A stretch of DNA of 64,000 bases, from the NCBI RefSeq assembly GCF_001194135.2, contig NC_068983.1:150962599-151026598 (forward strand), written 5' to 3'. This document shows positions 52,052-64,000 of the stretch, piece by piece (position 1 is the first letter of the stretch; each line of letters starts with the position of its first letter). The position numbers and the translations under genes were made by a program. The notes below the pieces were generated by a model. That model saw nothing but the letters and a program-made list of their open reading frames with translations. It had not been told where the DNA came from and ran no database searches. This DNA comes from Octopus bimaculoides (taxonomy: Eukaryota).

Positions 52052-53715
52052 CACACATACTCACAGATACACACGTACACATACATACGCACATTTTTCA
52101 AAGGTGATGATTTCCTCCTTCGCTAAGATTTTTGCCTTTTACCGTTCCTTTCAGAACAAGTCGAAAAATCAGACGAAAGAAAATAACCATGACCCAGGCT
52201 CCTTAATGAGTTCGTTCATATTCTTTTTACGTGAACGAACAGTGAAAAGCAATAAAGTTTAAATAGTGACAGAGTGAATCATAAGCTTTGAAGGAACTTA
52301 TAATTTCTATTTCATGTATTGAATATATTTTTTTCTACTACATATGTACATATATGTGTGTGTTTGTGTCTTTATGCATGTATGTATGTATATATGTATA
52401 TAGTTATATTTATATAAGAAAATGGAATATGTATATATGTATATATGCATATGTATATATGTGTATATACATATATATTCACTTATGTGTATAGGTATGT
52501 ATATGTGCATATATATGAAAATTTGCTTATATATATAATGTATGCATATGTATATGTAATGTATATACGTATCTGTGTATTTGAATGTATGTGTTTATAT
52601 ATGTGTGTGTGTATGTGTGTGTTTATGTGTGTGTGAGGGAGTGTGCGTGTGTGTGCTGTTATCATGTGTTTGTGTCTCTATTCGTTTGTGTGTATGTGTG
52701 TATGTACCAGCCTTATCTCTTCTACAATCCAGAACCACACGAACATGTAATTTGTTCACAACCTTTTAAAATTTAATGCCTAATCTACCAATTTTCAATA
52801 TCTCATGAAGAAAATTGCGTTTTCATTATGTGTGTGTGTGTTTGCGTGCGCGTGTATGTAAGTATGTATGTACGTATGTATGGATGTATGTATTACAAAC
52901 TACTCGAAATCTAAAATTTTAATATATCTCCAGTTATTATTTATTTTAATCTTTCCCGAAACTAAAAATAATATGATGATTTCAAGAATTCAAGTGATAA
53001 AAGATTTAAGATAAACTTGCCTCCGATTGAAAATTATTTTTAGAAGACCGAATTAATTTACTTCTTTCTAATGCAGATAAGCCAAATAAGGGATTTTGCA
53101 TCCCTGGAGTTATTTAACTACAAACTTTGCCGATATAAAAGATATAATATTTTAAAATATTTCCTTTCATAGTTCAAGGAAATTTTGTTTGATTGGGTGT
53201 TTGTAGAGCACACTGTTTCACTTCTCTTCTTTGATTTTATGCTGTTGAGTAAGTTTATATCAAAACATTGCGTTTGCCTACGTAAATTTAATTCTGTTTC
53301 GATATATTGTAAATATTCTGCTCGTATTTCCACATTTTATTGTTTAGTAATTCCACTCCAAACTACGGCAAAATTAATCTTTACGAGCGTTTCTTAACTA
53401 AACAGCTTTCTAAAATGCCGATGTTTCCTCTTCTATTAATTCTTACTGATAATGAAGTATTTTGGTGAAAAATAAACTTGTATAACTTTGTTGATGTTTC
53501 TACTATCTAAAACATCTTGTACTTCTTTATACTGTGTCGCATTCCAGCTTATGACCCAAAATTTCGACTTCCTCGCTCATTTTTTTTGCTATTAATTTGG
53601 TTCTCGAGCTTTTTTCTTTTTTGCGCATTTGGTAATGTGACGAAAGAGAGAGGCAGATATTTGTATTTTATACGTATATACACACACAATGTATACATAC
53701 ATGCACATATTCATT

Positions 53716-54105
53716 ATTCTTTTACTTGTTTCAGTCATTTGACTGCGGCCATGCTGGAGCACCACTTTTAGTCGAACAAATCGATCCCAGGACTTATTGT
53801 TTGTAAGGCTAGTACTTATTCTATCGCTCTCTTTTTGCCGAACCGCTAACTTACGGGGACGTAATCACACCAACATCAGTTGTCAAGCGATGGTGGGGAG
53901 AACAAAGACAGACACAGATAACAAATACATGCATATATATATATATACGACGGACTTCTTTCTGTTTCTGTCTACCAAATCCACTCACAAGACTTTGGTC
54001 AGCCCGAGGCTATAGTAGAAGATACTTGCCCAAGGTGCCACGCAGTGGGATTGAACTCGGAACCATGTGATTGGGAAGCAAGGTTCTTACCACACAGTCA
54101 CTCCT
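53716..54105 (-). mobile_element. SINE family B, full length
   Basis: attcttttacttgtttcagtcatttgactgcggccatgctggagcacc...cttaccacacagtcactcc. Confidence 0.92.
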
Positions 54106-54913
54106 ATTCTATAAACAATGGAAAATATTTCTGTTAAATTTATATATCCATTCAAATATTCATCTCAATGATTTTCCTTTGTGGCGTTGTATTACTCATC
54201 TTAATTTCTCTTCTGTATATTTTGCTTCTGTATATTTTGCTTTTCTCATTGTCTGGAATTTTTCTTACCGCAAGCTTCTTACCACACAGCCACTCTTGCA
54301 CCTATATGCAAACATTGTATACAAGAAATACTGATGCAACATCCTCATCAAAACTATCATCAAGTTCAAATATTACGGGCCGGATACAGTTATCTAGGAC
54401 AGAAAAGTAAGACCATATATAGCCATAGAGACAAACTCTCATGCAGATATTAATATTTTTTTTTACAAAATCCACGAGAATGTGATTATTTATTACAAAA
54501 TTAGTGAGAAGGTGATTATTTATGGCCGATTGTTCTGAAAGCCCCTTGATTATAAATTCAGATTTTAAAACTCACATTTAGTAGTTAACACGTTCTTTGA
54601 AAATAGAATATATAAGTTGAACAGTAAAAATAGGCAAGTTATTTCTAAAGTTCCACATTTAACACTAGAAATTGTATCGATACTGTTTTGTTTGTTTGCT
54701 AGAAAACAGTTCCTTCCACATAGGAAGGAAGAATTCTAATTAATAAATAAAAATAAAGGCGTACTTATATACAAATAAAGGAGATACAAACCGAAATATT
54801 CGAAGAATCATAAATAAAATAATAGTTGCCCTGGATGTAAAACAGGGATAGGTAGAAAGTTGTAATGAAGTTATAAACTCTCACAAGCATAAACACACAC
54901 ACGTTATCCTTCC

Positions 54914-54990
<77 letters not shown>

Positions 54991-55095
54991 AGTACACAAA
55001 CACACACACATATATGCGTGCGTTTCTATATGTGACCGCGTGTGTATCGTTGGCGATTTTCTTTCTTCGTCTTCCCTTCTTTGTTTTTTTTTCTA

Positions 55096-55132
55096 TATTT
55101 CTGATGAAGAGCTCCGCTCAAAACGTGAAGTC
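55096..55132 (+). ncRNA. Degenerate minimal hammerhead (PLE pLTR-type)
   Basis: tattt-CUGAUGA-A-GAGC-ucc-GCUC-AAAAC-GUG-aagu; G12>A and H17=G; element ends in (TA)n. Confidence 0.5.
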
Positions 55133-55372
55133 CTCTGTCTTTTCTTTCCTTTCCTTTCCTGAGCGTCCAACAACACAGTGCTTGTACCACGTCCTCGCGT
55201 TGTTGTTTATTCTTGCTTGTTCCTGTTTGGATTGACTATATATNNNNNNNNNNNNNNNNNNNNNNNNNNNNNNNNNNNNNNNNNNNNNNNNNNNNNNNNN
55301 NNNNNNNNNNNNNNNATATATATGGATAATAATAATAAATGGTGCAAAACGCATATAGATAAAAGTTCCTTT

Positions 55373-55463
55373 AATTCCTACACATGTTTCAAAATAAATG
55401 AGAGCCCTTTCACAAAGAAGAAAGAGCTGCTGGGATTCCTCATATATTTCTCTTCAGGGAGTT
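55373..55463 (-). ncRNA. Type I hammerhead ribozyme, left-arm copy
   Basis: RC identical (91/91) to 55735-55825; predicted cut between 55379 and 55378. Confidence 0.75.
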
Positions 55464-55734
55464 CATAATAAAGCATATAATAGCAAGAAAAAAACGAAAT
55501 GATGAGGTAACTTACGAGCAGAGATGTTACATGGTCAGTGACCGTTAGAAGGTTTGTTTACATAGAGATATAAAGGGCCAATGATATTATTCCATGGGCT
55601 TTAGGAATAATATCATTGACCCCTTTATATCTCTATGTAAACAAACCTTCTAACGGTCACTGACCATGTAACATCTCTGCTCGTAAGTTACCTCATCATT
55701 TCGTTTTTGTCTTGCTATTATATGTTTTATTATG

Positions 55735-55825
55735 AACTCCCTGAAGAGAAATATATGAGGAATCCCAGCAGCTCTTTCTTCTTTGTGAAAGGGCTCTCAT
55801 TTATTTTGAAACATGTGTAGGAATT
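55735..55825 (+). ncRNA. Type I hammerhead ribozyme, right-arm copy
   Basis: aactcc-CUGAAGA-GAAAUAUAUGAG...CUCAUUUAUUUU-GAAAC-AUGU-GUA/ggaatt; stem I 5/6 bp, stem II 11/12 bp with inner gctctttc/gaaagggc hairpin, 2-bp stem III containing palindromic ACAUGU; cut between 55819 and 55820. Confidence 0.78.
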
Positions 55826-55988
55826 AAAGGAACTTTTATTTATATCCGTTTTGTTCCATTTATTATTATTATCCATATATTCTCAAAATGTATCACTTTA
55901 ACTTGGTATCTCTACCTGTAAAATGGCTGTGGTATCTTGTTTTTAGTGTAATTTTGCTACCTCTGGTAACTATTAATATATACATAAA

Positions 55989-56019
<31 letters not shown>

Positions 56020-56725
56020 TCTTACTCTCTCTTTCCACCTTTGATTGCTTCCCTTGTACTTTTCTCTTCTCTGTCTTTCATTCTGTTTCTTCATTCCTTC
56101 TGTTTCCTCCCTCTCATTATCCTCCTCCTCCTCTTCCTCATCCTCTCTGTATATCCCATTCTTTCCCTATATATACTTCCTCTACCATACCACGTGACCT
56201 GTTTCCAGTGAAGGCGGTGTTGTTCTTTTTCGCCCTACCTTTGACCTTACTGGTCTGGGCTCCTGCTACGTCCATTAGGACTTACTGCATTTCACTCTGC
56301 ACAACCCCACTAAGTTCGTTTGATAGCTGCAAAGCTTTTTCTGTTGTATTTGTGGCATTTGTATAATAACAATATTGTTTTTCTTCTGTTGTATATAGCC
56401 GTAAGACTTCGTGTTATAGATGCATAATTCTTCGTCTGTTGTATTTATATAATGTCTTATCTGTTTCTATCCCAGTATACATTCGTTAGCTTTTTTCCAG
56501 TAGCTTCATGTCAGCACTGGCGCCTCCAGGATTGAGTAGTCTCAGCGATAATGGCGCGAAACCACAATGATATTTTGGTTCATTGACAGACGATGAAAAC
56601 TCAGCTGCAAATATGCCGTGTATCGTGTCTGTCTATATTCCCCGTCCATGAACTTTTTCGTCTAGTTTCCCGTTTGCTCTGCTTTCGTCTAACTTTTTCT
56701 CTTTGTTGTGTTCTGCCTGTTCAAA

Positions 56726-56726
<1 letters not shown>
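56020..56726 (-). mobile_element. Degraded ORF-like insert between (TA)n tracts, possibly a PLE N-terminal region
   Basis: Across frameshifts AYLQLSFHRLSMNQNII / CGFAPLSLRLLNPGGASADMKLLEK loosely resembles PLE N-termini (L.F...C....IIP.GF...L.KAS); bounded by (TA)n on both sides. Confidence 0.3.
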
Positions 56727-56775
<49 letters not shown>

Positions 56776-57654
56776 TGCACGAATATCCCTTTGATATTGC
56801 CTAAATTCGCCTGAAAGAGCCTCTTCCCGAGGCTAGATTTTTTGAAGAGAGATTAAAAAAAAAAAGAAAAATGCAGTGGACAAGACAACAGCCATTCATC
56901 CATACACACATGTATACATGTACACATACATACATACACAAAAAGGTATTCTGACCAGCACCTTATTGATTCTGCTATCGCTAATATAATAATGATGCTT
57001 GCTCTGGTATGAAAGGTGTTATGCTTATAAGTTTCAAAAAGGCGAAATAGGAAGATATGGATTGAATTCATTTCCAAACAATGTCAGTGAAACAGATTCA
57101 ACTGCAAAGCGATTCAACTGCTAGGCGAAATCATGCTAAGCATTTATCACGGGATAAAAACCCATCTGTTCCTCTATGTTGTCGACCACACAAGTGAATA
57201 TCGAACTTTAGTCGTAAGAATATTTGTCTTCTTCTTTGTCCTGTTCCACGGTAAAGGTGCATGAACTGTTTGCTCACACTTTGTGAAGATCATAAAAAGA
57301 AGATATATGATTAGTTGTACTCTTTAGGCAAATGTAAATCAATCCATAAATCTGTCGCCGCACTTTATGGTCAATTCCAACGTTGTTAATAGTTAGCCTT
57401 TTGTGTAACAAAGCAACGGAAAACAGTAGAGGTGTAAACAGAATAAGTCTAATGAATTTGCTAACCTCGTTTCAATTTCGAAATGCCGTTGAAGTTGTGA
57501 CTATGTTTTGCTCTGTGTAACAAATTCAATACTTTCTAGTTTTGTGGAGCACAACCTCTCAATATAAATGATGGGGCCATTAATTATATAACGACGTGCC
57601 TCAATAATTACAGGTATAAATTGAAATATATACTTTGTGTGGTCAATAGCTTTT

Positions 57655-58035
57655 ATCTCTTATTATGTTTCAGTCATGCGACTGCGACCAAGCTGGGGCA
57701 CCGTCTTGAAGAATTTGAGTCGAACGAATCGACCTCAGTACTTATTTTTAGTGATAAAATTTTTTAAAGCTGGATACTTTTTCTATTAGATTCTTTTGTC
57801 GAACCGCTAAGTTACAGGAACGTAAACACATCACCGGTTGTCAAGCGGTGGTGGGGCACTTACACACACGTGTGTATGGCGGGCTTCTTTCGGTTTCTGC
57901 CTATCAAATCCACTCATAAAGCTTCGGTCAGCCTGAGGATATTATAGTGCAAGACACTTACTCGAGGTGCCACGCCGTGGGACTGAACGCTGAACCATGT
58001 GGTTGAAAAGCAAACTTCTTACCGTAGAGTCACAC
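57655..58035 (-). mobile_element. SINE family B, diverged
   Basis: gtttcagtcatgcgactgcg...gaaccgctaagttacagg...gtgccacgccgtgggactgaac...aaccatgtggttg. Confidence 0.85.
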
Positions 58036-58451
58036 AAATTTTTTAATGATTCATCATGAATATTTTCTTCGTTTTCACTAAAAATTCTTATACTAATAAA
58101 TTTATCTTAGAATTTGCTGGTCAATCGATTTCCGTTTCTGTACGCAATTTCTACTTGTATATAATATGAAACTGTATATGCTTTTTCTTTTTAACAAAGT
58201 GATGATAGACCCAGGGTAAATATCATTACTAAGACCGATTCTAATCAGAGAATTGTTCGTGGATACACACACAGAGACACGCACGCACATATGTATGTGT
58301 GCACGCGTACGTGTGTGGGTGTGTATGTGTGTGTGTGTATTTGCACGCATGTGCTAATATGTTTTTATCCATTGCACAGCACACTTATAGTTGATTCGTT
58401 TGGCCATATATAACTGTTTTGGTTTGTGACTGAATATCTGTGCGCATGTGT

Positions 58452-58500
<49 letters not shown>

Positions 58501-58589
58501 NNNNNNNNNNNNNNNNNNNNNNNNNNNNNNNNNNNNNNNNNNNNNNNNNNNNNNNNNNNNNTTTTTTTTGTTTGTTTGTTTGTGTGTCT

Positions 58590-59330
58590 GTGTGTATTGT
58601 CTGGTATTTTTAATTTTTGGAAATCTTGTAAAGAAGGAGCTGTTTTCTAATAAAGATCTAAAGCTCTTTCTTTGGAATGAAGATAAAAATCAAAGTTCAC
58701 ATAGTGAACCTGAGAACAATTTTGCATATTTTTACTATTCCACTCACTGAGTCTATTTGTAACGTGTTCGTTAGCTGGGTAATTCCTCTCTCTCAAAGTC
58801 CTAGTTTTTCCAGTCTGAAAACCAAGTGCACCGATTATTATTGGTATAAATGTGAATTGAGAACCTTAATATAGAAGCTGAAGGGTTCAAAGTAGTTGTC
58901 CCTTTTTTTCCTCATTCTCTTTGATTTTCGAAGAGATATTCACTTCAACTGGACAGCTAGCTGATCTCTATGACGGCACTTACTTTTTCTTGTCTGTCGC
59001 AAACGACGATATTCGACCTGTTATGTTTATACTTGGTAGAAGTTTTTGACGGGAATGTCCTATCAATATTCCTTGTGTTGATGTTTATGTATGCATTCAG
59101 TAACAGAGAGTTTCTTTATATTTTTCGCAGAACAGGCCTATTTTTCGAATGACATTGTATATTGCTTTAGCGATAACGTCATATTGCATTAGAAGGTAGT
59201 ACCTAGATAGCAATTTTTTGTTTGGGGTCTTCAAAATTCATCAGTTCTCACCTGACGAATTATTCAGCCAGTGAGAGTGTAAAAGATTATAATACAACTT
59301 CGTCAATAAGCCGCCATGCGGAACTTAAGT
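58590..59330 (-). mobile_element. R4/Dong-type non-LTR retrotransposon 3' remnant with restriction-like endonuclease
   Basis: Across frameshifts: SRYYLLMQYDVIAKAIYNVIRK; KEY**DIPVKTSTKYKHNRSNIVVCDRQEK..VIEIS.CPVEVNISSKIKE; FTFIPIIIGALG; LQIDSVSGIVKICK..LRF*; stop at 58697-58699. Confidence 0.82.
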
Positions 59331-60273
59331 CCCAGTTAATACGAACTATACAATAAATTTGACTCTTCTCTCAGTTAGTAGTTTCTCAAAATGGTGCTTT
59401 GTTATTCTTAAATTTGCGTAAAGATAGTAAACTTAATATAAAACAAATGAACACACACAGACCTACTCACCCCGCACACACACACTCACACACTCACACA
59501 CTCTCTCACACACACTCACACAAACACAGGCAAACACATTCACACGTACATATTAAGATTGAGGTGTCCATGAACGAGGGTTAGACAGAAACTAATGCAG
59601 AATAGACATAGCTTTATATCATCTGACGTACCTTTCTATACAAAGGTACCACTACAAGCAGTCTCCGTTGCAAATCGTCCACAAGATGGCGATTCTTTTC
59701 AATGGGCGAAACTGTTGGGCTCCCACTCCATGGTTTGTCTTCAATGCTTGTTTTCCTTCTTTTTAAACTACTATGTACATTGTTCCAATCAATATTGTAA
59801 TCACCGTGAATAACTTGTAGCCTTCTGTGGAAGTCGAAAATCTTGTCCTTCGTCTAAATTCAACAGCTTGTGAACCTCTACTCGGAATTCATTATTTGCC
59901 TGCAATAAATAATAATAGGAAGATGAGCTACTTTAGAGAAAGAATTACGCGCGCGTTATGCGCAGTTTGAACAATTTATGTCATTTCATAAAAAGATATG
60001 GCCGCGTTTGTATCACTTTCGGTGCTAACAGCGCGTTTGTATGTGCATGAGTGTGTGTGTGTGTGTGTATGTGTGTGTGTGTATATGAGAGTGTATGTGT
60101 GTGAGTACACACACACATACACACACGCACACGCAAACATACACTCACAAAATATAAATCAATATATGTATGTATATGTATACATACATACATGTGTGTA
60201 TATATGCATCCATCTATTCTCCCTTTCTCTATGAATACATATACTCACACAGACATAGACAAGATGCGTTTGC

Positions 60274-60310
<37 letters not shown>

Positions 60311-61447
60311 NNNNNNNNNNNNNNNNNNNNNNNNNNNNNNNNNNNNNNNNNNNNNNNNNNNNNNNNNNNNNNNNNNNNNNNNNNNNNNNNNNNNNNNNNN
60401 NNNNNNNNNNNNNNNNNNNNNNNNNNNNNNNNNNNNNNNNNNNNNNNNNNNNNNNNNNNNNNNNNNNNNNNNNNNNNNNNNNNNNNNNNNNNNNNNNNNN
60501 NNNNNNNNNNNNNNNNNNNNNNNNNNNNNNNNNNNNNNNNNNNNNNNNNNNNNNNNNNNNNNNNNNNNNNNNNNNNNNNNNNNNNNNNNNNNNNNNNNNN
60601 NNNNNNNNNNNNNNNNNNNNNNNNNNNNNNNNNNNNNNNNNNNNNNNNNNNNNNNNNNNNNNNNNNNNNNNNNNNNNNNNNNNNNNNNNNNNNNNNNNNN
60701 NNNNNNNNNNNNNNNNNNNNNNNNNNNNNNNNNNNNNNNNNNNNNNNNNNNNNNNNNNNNNNNNNNNNNNNNNNNNNNNNNNNNNNNNNNNNNNNNNNNN
60801 NNNNNNNNNNNNNNNNNNNNNNNNNNNNNNNNNNNNNNNNNNNNNNNNNNNNNNNNNNNNNNNNNNNNNNNNNNNNNNNNNNNNNNNNNNNNNNNNNNNN
60901 NNNNNNNNNNNNNNNNNNNNNNNNNNNNNNNNNNNNNNNNNNNNNNNNNNNNNNNNNNNNNNNNNNNNNNNNNNNNNNNNNNNNNNNNNNNNNNNNNNNN
61001 NNNNNNNNNNNNNNNNNNNNNNNNNGAAATAATGGACAGTGAAAACAACATTAAAAAGCCGTACGGCCAAACGCGAATCTGATGTAGAACGCTAACAGTT
61101 CGTCTCGCCTTCATAGTGGCTGGAGTGAAAAGAGAGTTGACCACAGGTCACACTGGGGCAGAGAGGATGGTAGAGGGAGGAAGTGGAACAAGGAGGAAGA
61201 GAGAGATGTGTATAGCAGTGAAGTAGAAGCCAGGACAACAGAAGGAAGCAGAGCGAGAGGGGGAGATGGGTAAGAAGAAAGATAGAGAGAGAGATAGATA
61301 GATAGAGAAAGACAGACAGATAGATAGATAGAGTCGCATCAGAATAATAAAGTACAAACTTACTTACATATGTACGTGTGTGTGGATGTATATATGCGGG
61401 CGGACGTTATTGCATAAAGGAGTTTGTGTCGGTGTTTGTGCGTGTGT

Positions 61448-61548
<101 letters not shown>

Positions 61549-61764
61549 TGTAACAAATCAATTCACACCGTACCGTGTTTGAATATAATTTGTTACTCAA
61601 TTTAGACAGCGAGAATAAGATTATTATTATTATTAACACATTTACATAACGCGTTTATTCGTTGAAGTATGTAAGGAGTGAGAGATTGAGTGACTTAAGG
61701 GGAGGAGGAAGGAATATGTGTGTGGTGTGTGCATGTGTATATATGGTTGAGAGTGAGAGGGAGG

Positions 61765-61804
<40 letters not shown>

Positions 61805-62320
61805 TTGGGGATAGTGAAAATGTGGACAGTTTATCAGAATACACGTAGAGATGAAACTTGTGAGAAATGACACATACATACATACATACATACATACATA
61901 CATACATACATACATACATACAAAAATACCCTGTTGTTGATGTTAAAAGTTGTATGGAGGAGCCTTGGATCTAGGTTAGAAACCAATTCTTTCTCTATTG
62001 GCAAGACATCTTGAAATAAACTGAATAATGACCCACCCCCCCACATATATATATATAAAACTTACTTGGAAAATGATGCGTGGCGTTCGCTCATATAATA
62101 ATATAAATAATATATAAATATATGCGTATATACAAACATATATCTATGCATATATTTATATATTATTTATATTATGTATATANNNNNNNNNNNNNNNNNN
62201 NNNNNNNNNNNNNNNNNNNNNNNNNNNNNNNNNNNNNNNNNNNNNNNNNNNNNNNNNNNNNNNNNNNNNNNNNNNNNNNNNNNNNNNNNNNNNNNNNNNN
62301 NNNNNNNNNNNNNNNNNNNN

Positions 62321-62345
62321 AATAGCCCAGAAACCGGTCCACAAT
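62321..62345 (+). other. Possible 3' half of a hammerhead exposed at a gap edge
   Basis: aata-GCCC-A-GAAAC-CG-GUC-cac directly after the N-run. Confidence 0.25.
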
Positions 62346-62667
62346 TCTTGCTTTGTGCTGGATGGGGGTGATGAGCTCCTCTGTAGGAAACTATAAAGAC
62401 ACAGACATTGTGTCGTATTGCCAGATGGAAACGGCGTTGCATGGGGCTAAACAACAGGAACATTCGTCCCATCCAGGACTGCCACATGTTGGCAAATAGT
62501 CTTTACTTTATGTGTAAATATGTATGTACCTATGCATGTATTCATGCATGTATATATATTTAAAAAAGTTTACGTAGAAAAAAAAAACAAAAAAAAAACA
62601 CAAGGAGACGAAGGCAAGTGCAGTTGAGATAGTGACAAAATAATGTTAATAGGAAAAAGGGAAAAAA

Positions 62668-62880
62668 GGCGTCGAGGTGTCAGAATCGTTTTCACGACAG
62701 GTGAAGTGCCTTTCGCCCATCTTTACGTTGTGAGTTCAAATTCCGCCGTGGTCCACCTTGCCTTTCATCCCTTTCATGGTCGACAAAATAAGTACCGGTG
62801 TATCACTGGGCTCGATGCAATCGACTTACGCCCTTCGCCGACATTGTGCCAATGTTTGAAACTTATATGAGAGAGAGAAT
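62668..62880 (+). mobile_element. SINE family C (tail C2), first of a tandem pair
   Basis: gagttcaaattccgccgtggtccaccttgcctttcatccc...ggtcgacaaaataagtacc. Confidence 0.82.
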
Positions 62881-62884
62881 TAAA

Positions 62885-63095
62885 GATGGCGTGCTGGGAG
62901 AATCGTTATCACGCCGGGCGAAATGCCTTTCATCCGTCTTAAAGTTCTGATTTGTAATGGCACCGAGGTAGACTTTGCTCTCCATCTCTTTCGGGGTGGA
63001 TAAACTATGTACCAGATGAGTACTGGCCTGGATGTAATCAATTTACTCCTTCCCCCGAATTGCTGGCCTTGTGCTAAAACTTGAAACCAATATGA
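62885..63095 (+). mobile_element. SINE family C (tail C2), second of a tandem pair
   Basis: gaatcgttatcacgccgggcgaaatgcc...accgaggtagactttg...ctggccttgtgctaaaacttgaaacc. Confidence 0.82.
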
Positions 63096-63360
63096 GAAGG
63101 ATAACAATGGCTGCATCGTGGTGGTGATGGTGGTGATGGAGAAAATGCAATTGGCTTTTAAGGTGTAATAATAACAGTGGAATAGAAATAGCTAGAACGA
63201 TAGAGAGATGGATGATGACGTGGAACTTATATGAGAAAGAGGATTATAAGAGAAACAGAAAGAAAAGGGTAGAGAACAGATGTAATTGAAGGAAATCACA
63301 TTTAGTAGAATCTCAGAGAAGTATGAAAAGGAGAGAGAGAGAGAGCGACTGAGAAAAAGT

Positions 63361-63400
<40 letters not shown>

Positions 63401-63410
63401 NNNNNNNNNN

Positions 63411-63453
<43 letters not shown>

Positions 63454-63945
63454 AAGAGACTGAGAGAGAGTGAGTGATAGAGAGAGAGTGAGTGTGAGTA
63501 AATTAGGGAGCGAAACAGAGAGGCAGACAGAGAAGGTGGATTGAAAGAGTAAGATTTAAAAAATATTTTATACAGAAATAGAAATATGCAGAAAAGAAAG
63601 AAAAAAAAGACAAGAAACGAAGAGACAACAACAGCGCTAATGATGACACATAAAGGAAAAAGGACATGATAAAGTCCCTCAGTTATTCACATAATTTCAG
63701 GCTCAAACTAATTCCCATTTCGACTAATGAACTGTTGTAAGTGATCAAGAGTAATCTATCTCACCTTTGTCTTCACCTGTGCCCGAAGTCAAGAGTCAAT
63801 TCAAAAATTCCCTTTGTGGAAAGCAATTTCTGTTCTGACTCTGATTTCTCTGCTTTAATTAAACAAAATGAACGGCGAATATTTCTCTGCTTTACGTTAT
63901 TTCGTTTTATTACAAAAGGAAATTAAATAAAAATTTGAAAAAAGA

Positions 63946-64000
<55 letters not shown>

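Larger units (their letters stand above)
55318..55880. repeat. Near-perfect palindrome (276/277-bp arms, 10-nt spacer); probable inverted pLTR pair of a Penelope-like element
   Basis: Arms 55318-55593 and 55604-55880 differ by 7 substitutions and 1 indel by eye; spacer atgggcttta. Confidence 0.95.

Overview
Repeat-saturated eukaryotic (animal) genomic DNA, AT-rich, with about 22 N-gaps that nearly all begin or end in (TA)n/(CA)n microsatellites. The SINE families and microsatellite style suggest a coleoid cephalopod (octopus-like); this is inference, not shown. I could not support any host protein-coding exon, true tRNA/rRNA gene or CRISPR array, and most of the supplied ORF track is N-run or microsatellite read-through. 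What is supportable: (i) about 30 tRNA-derived SINE copies from modular families, which I label A, B and C; (ii) two CR1-type LINE remnants, one R4/Dong-type REL-endonuclease LINE remnant and Tc1/mariner fragments; (iii) at least five Penelope-like element (PLE) GIY-YIG fragments; (iv) a set of type-I hammerhead ribozyme (HHR) folds read by eye. The HHR set includes a ~563-bp near-perfect palindrome (55318-55880) carrying an identical intact HHR in each arm on opposite strands, an intact HHR at 30.8 kb (-), and an HHR 45 nt downstream of a PLE ORF end at 46.7 kb. All alignments and folds were done by eye; boundaries are approximate except where stated.
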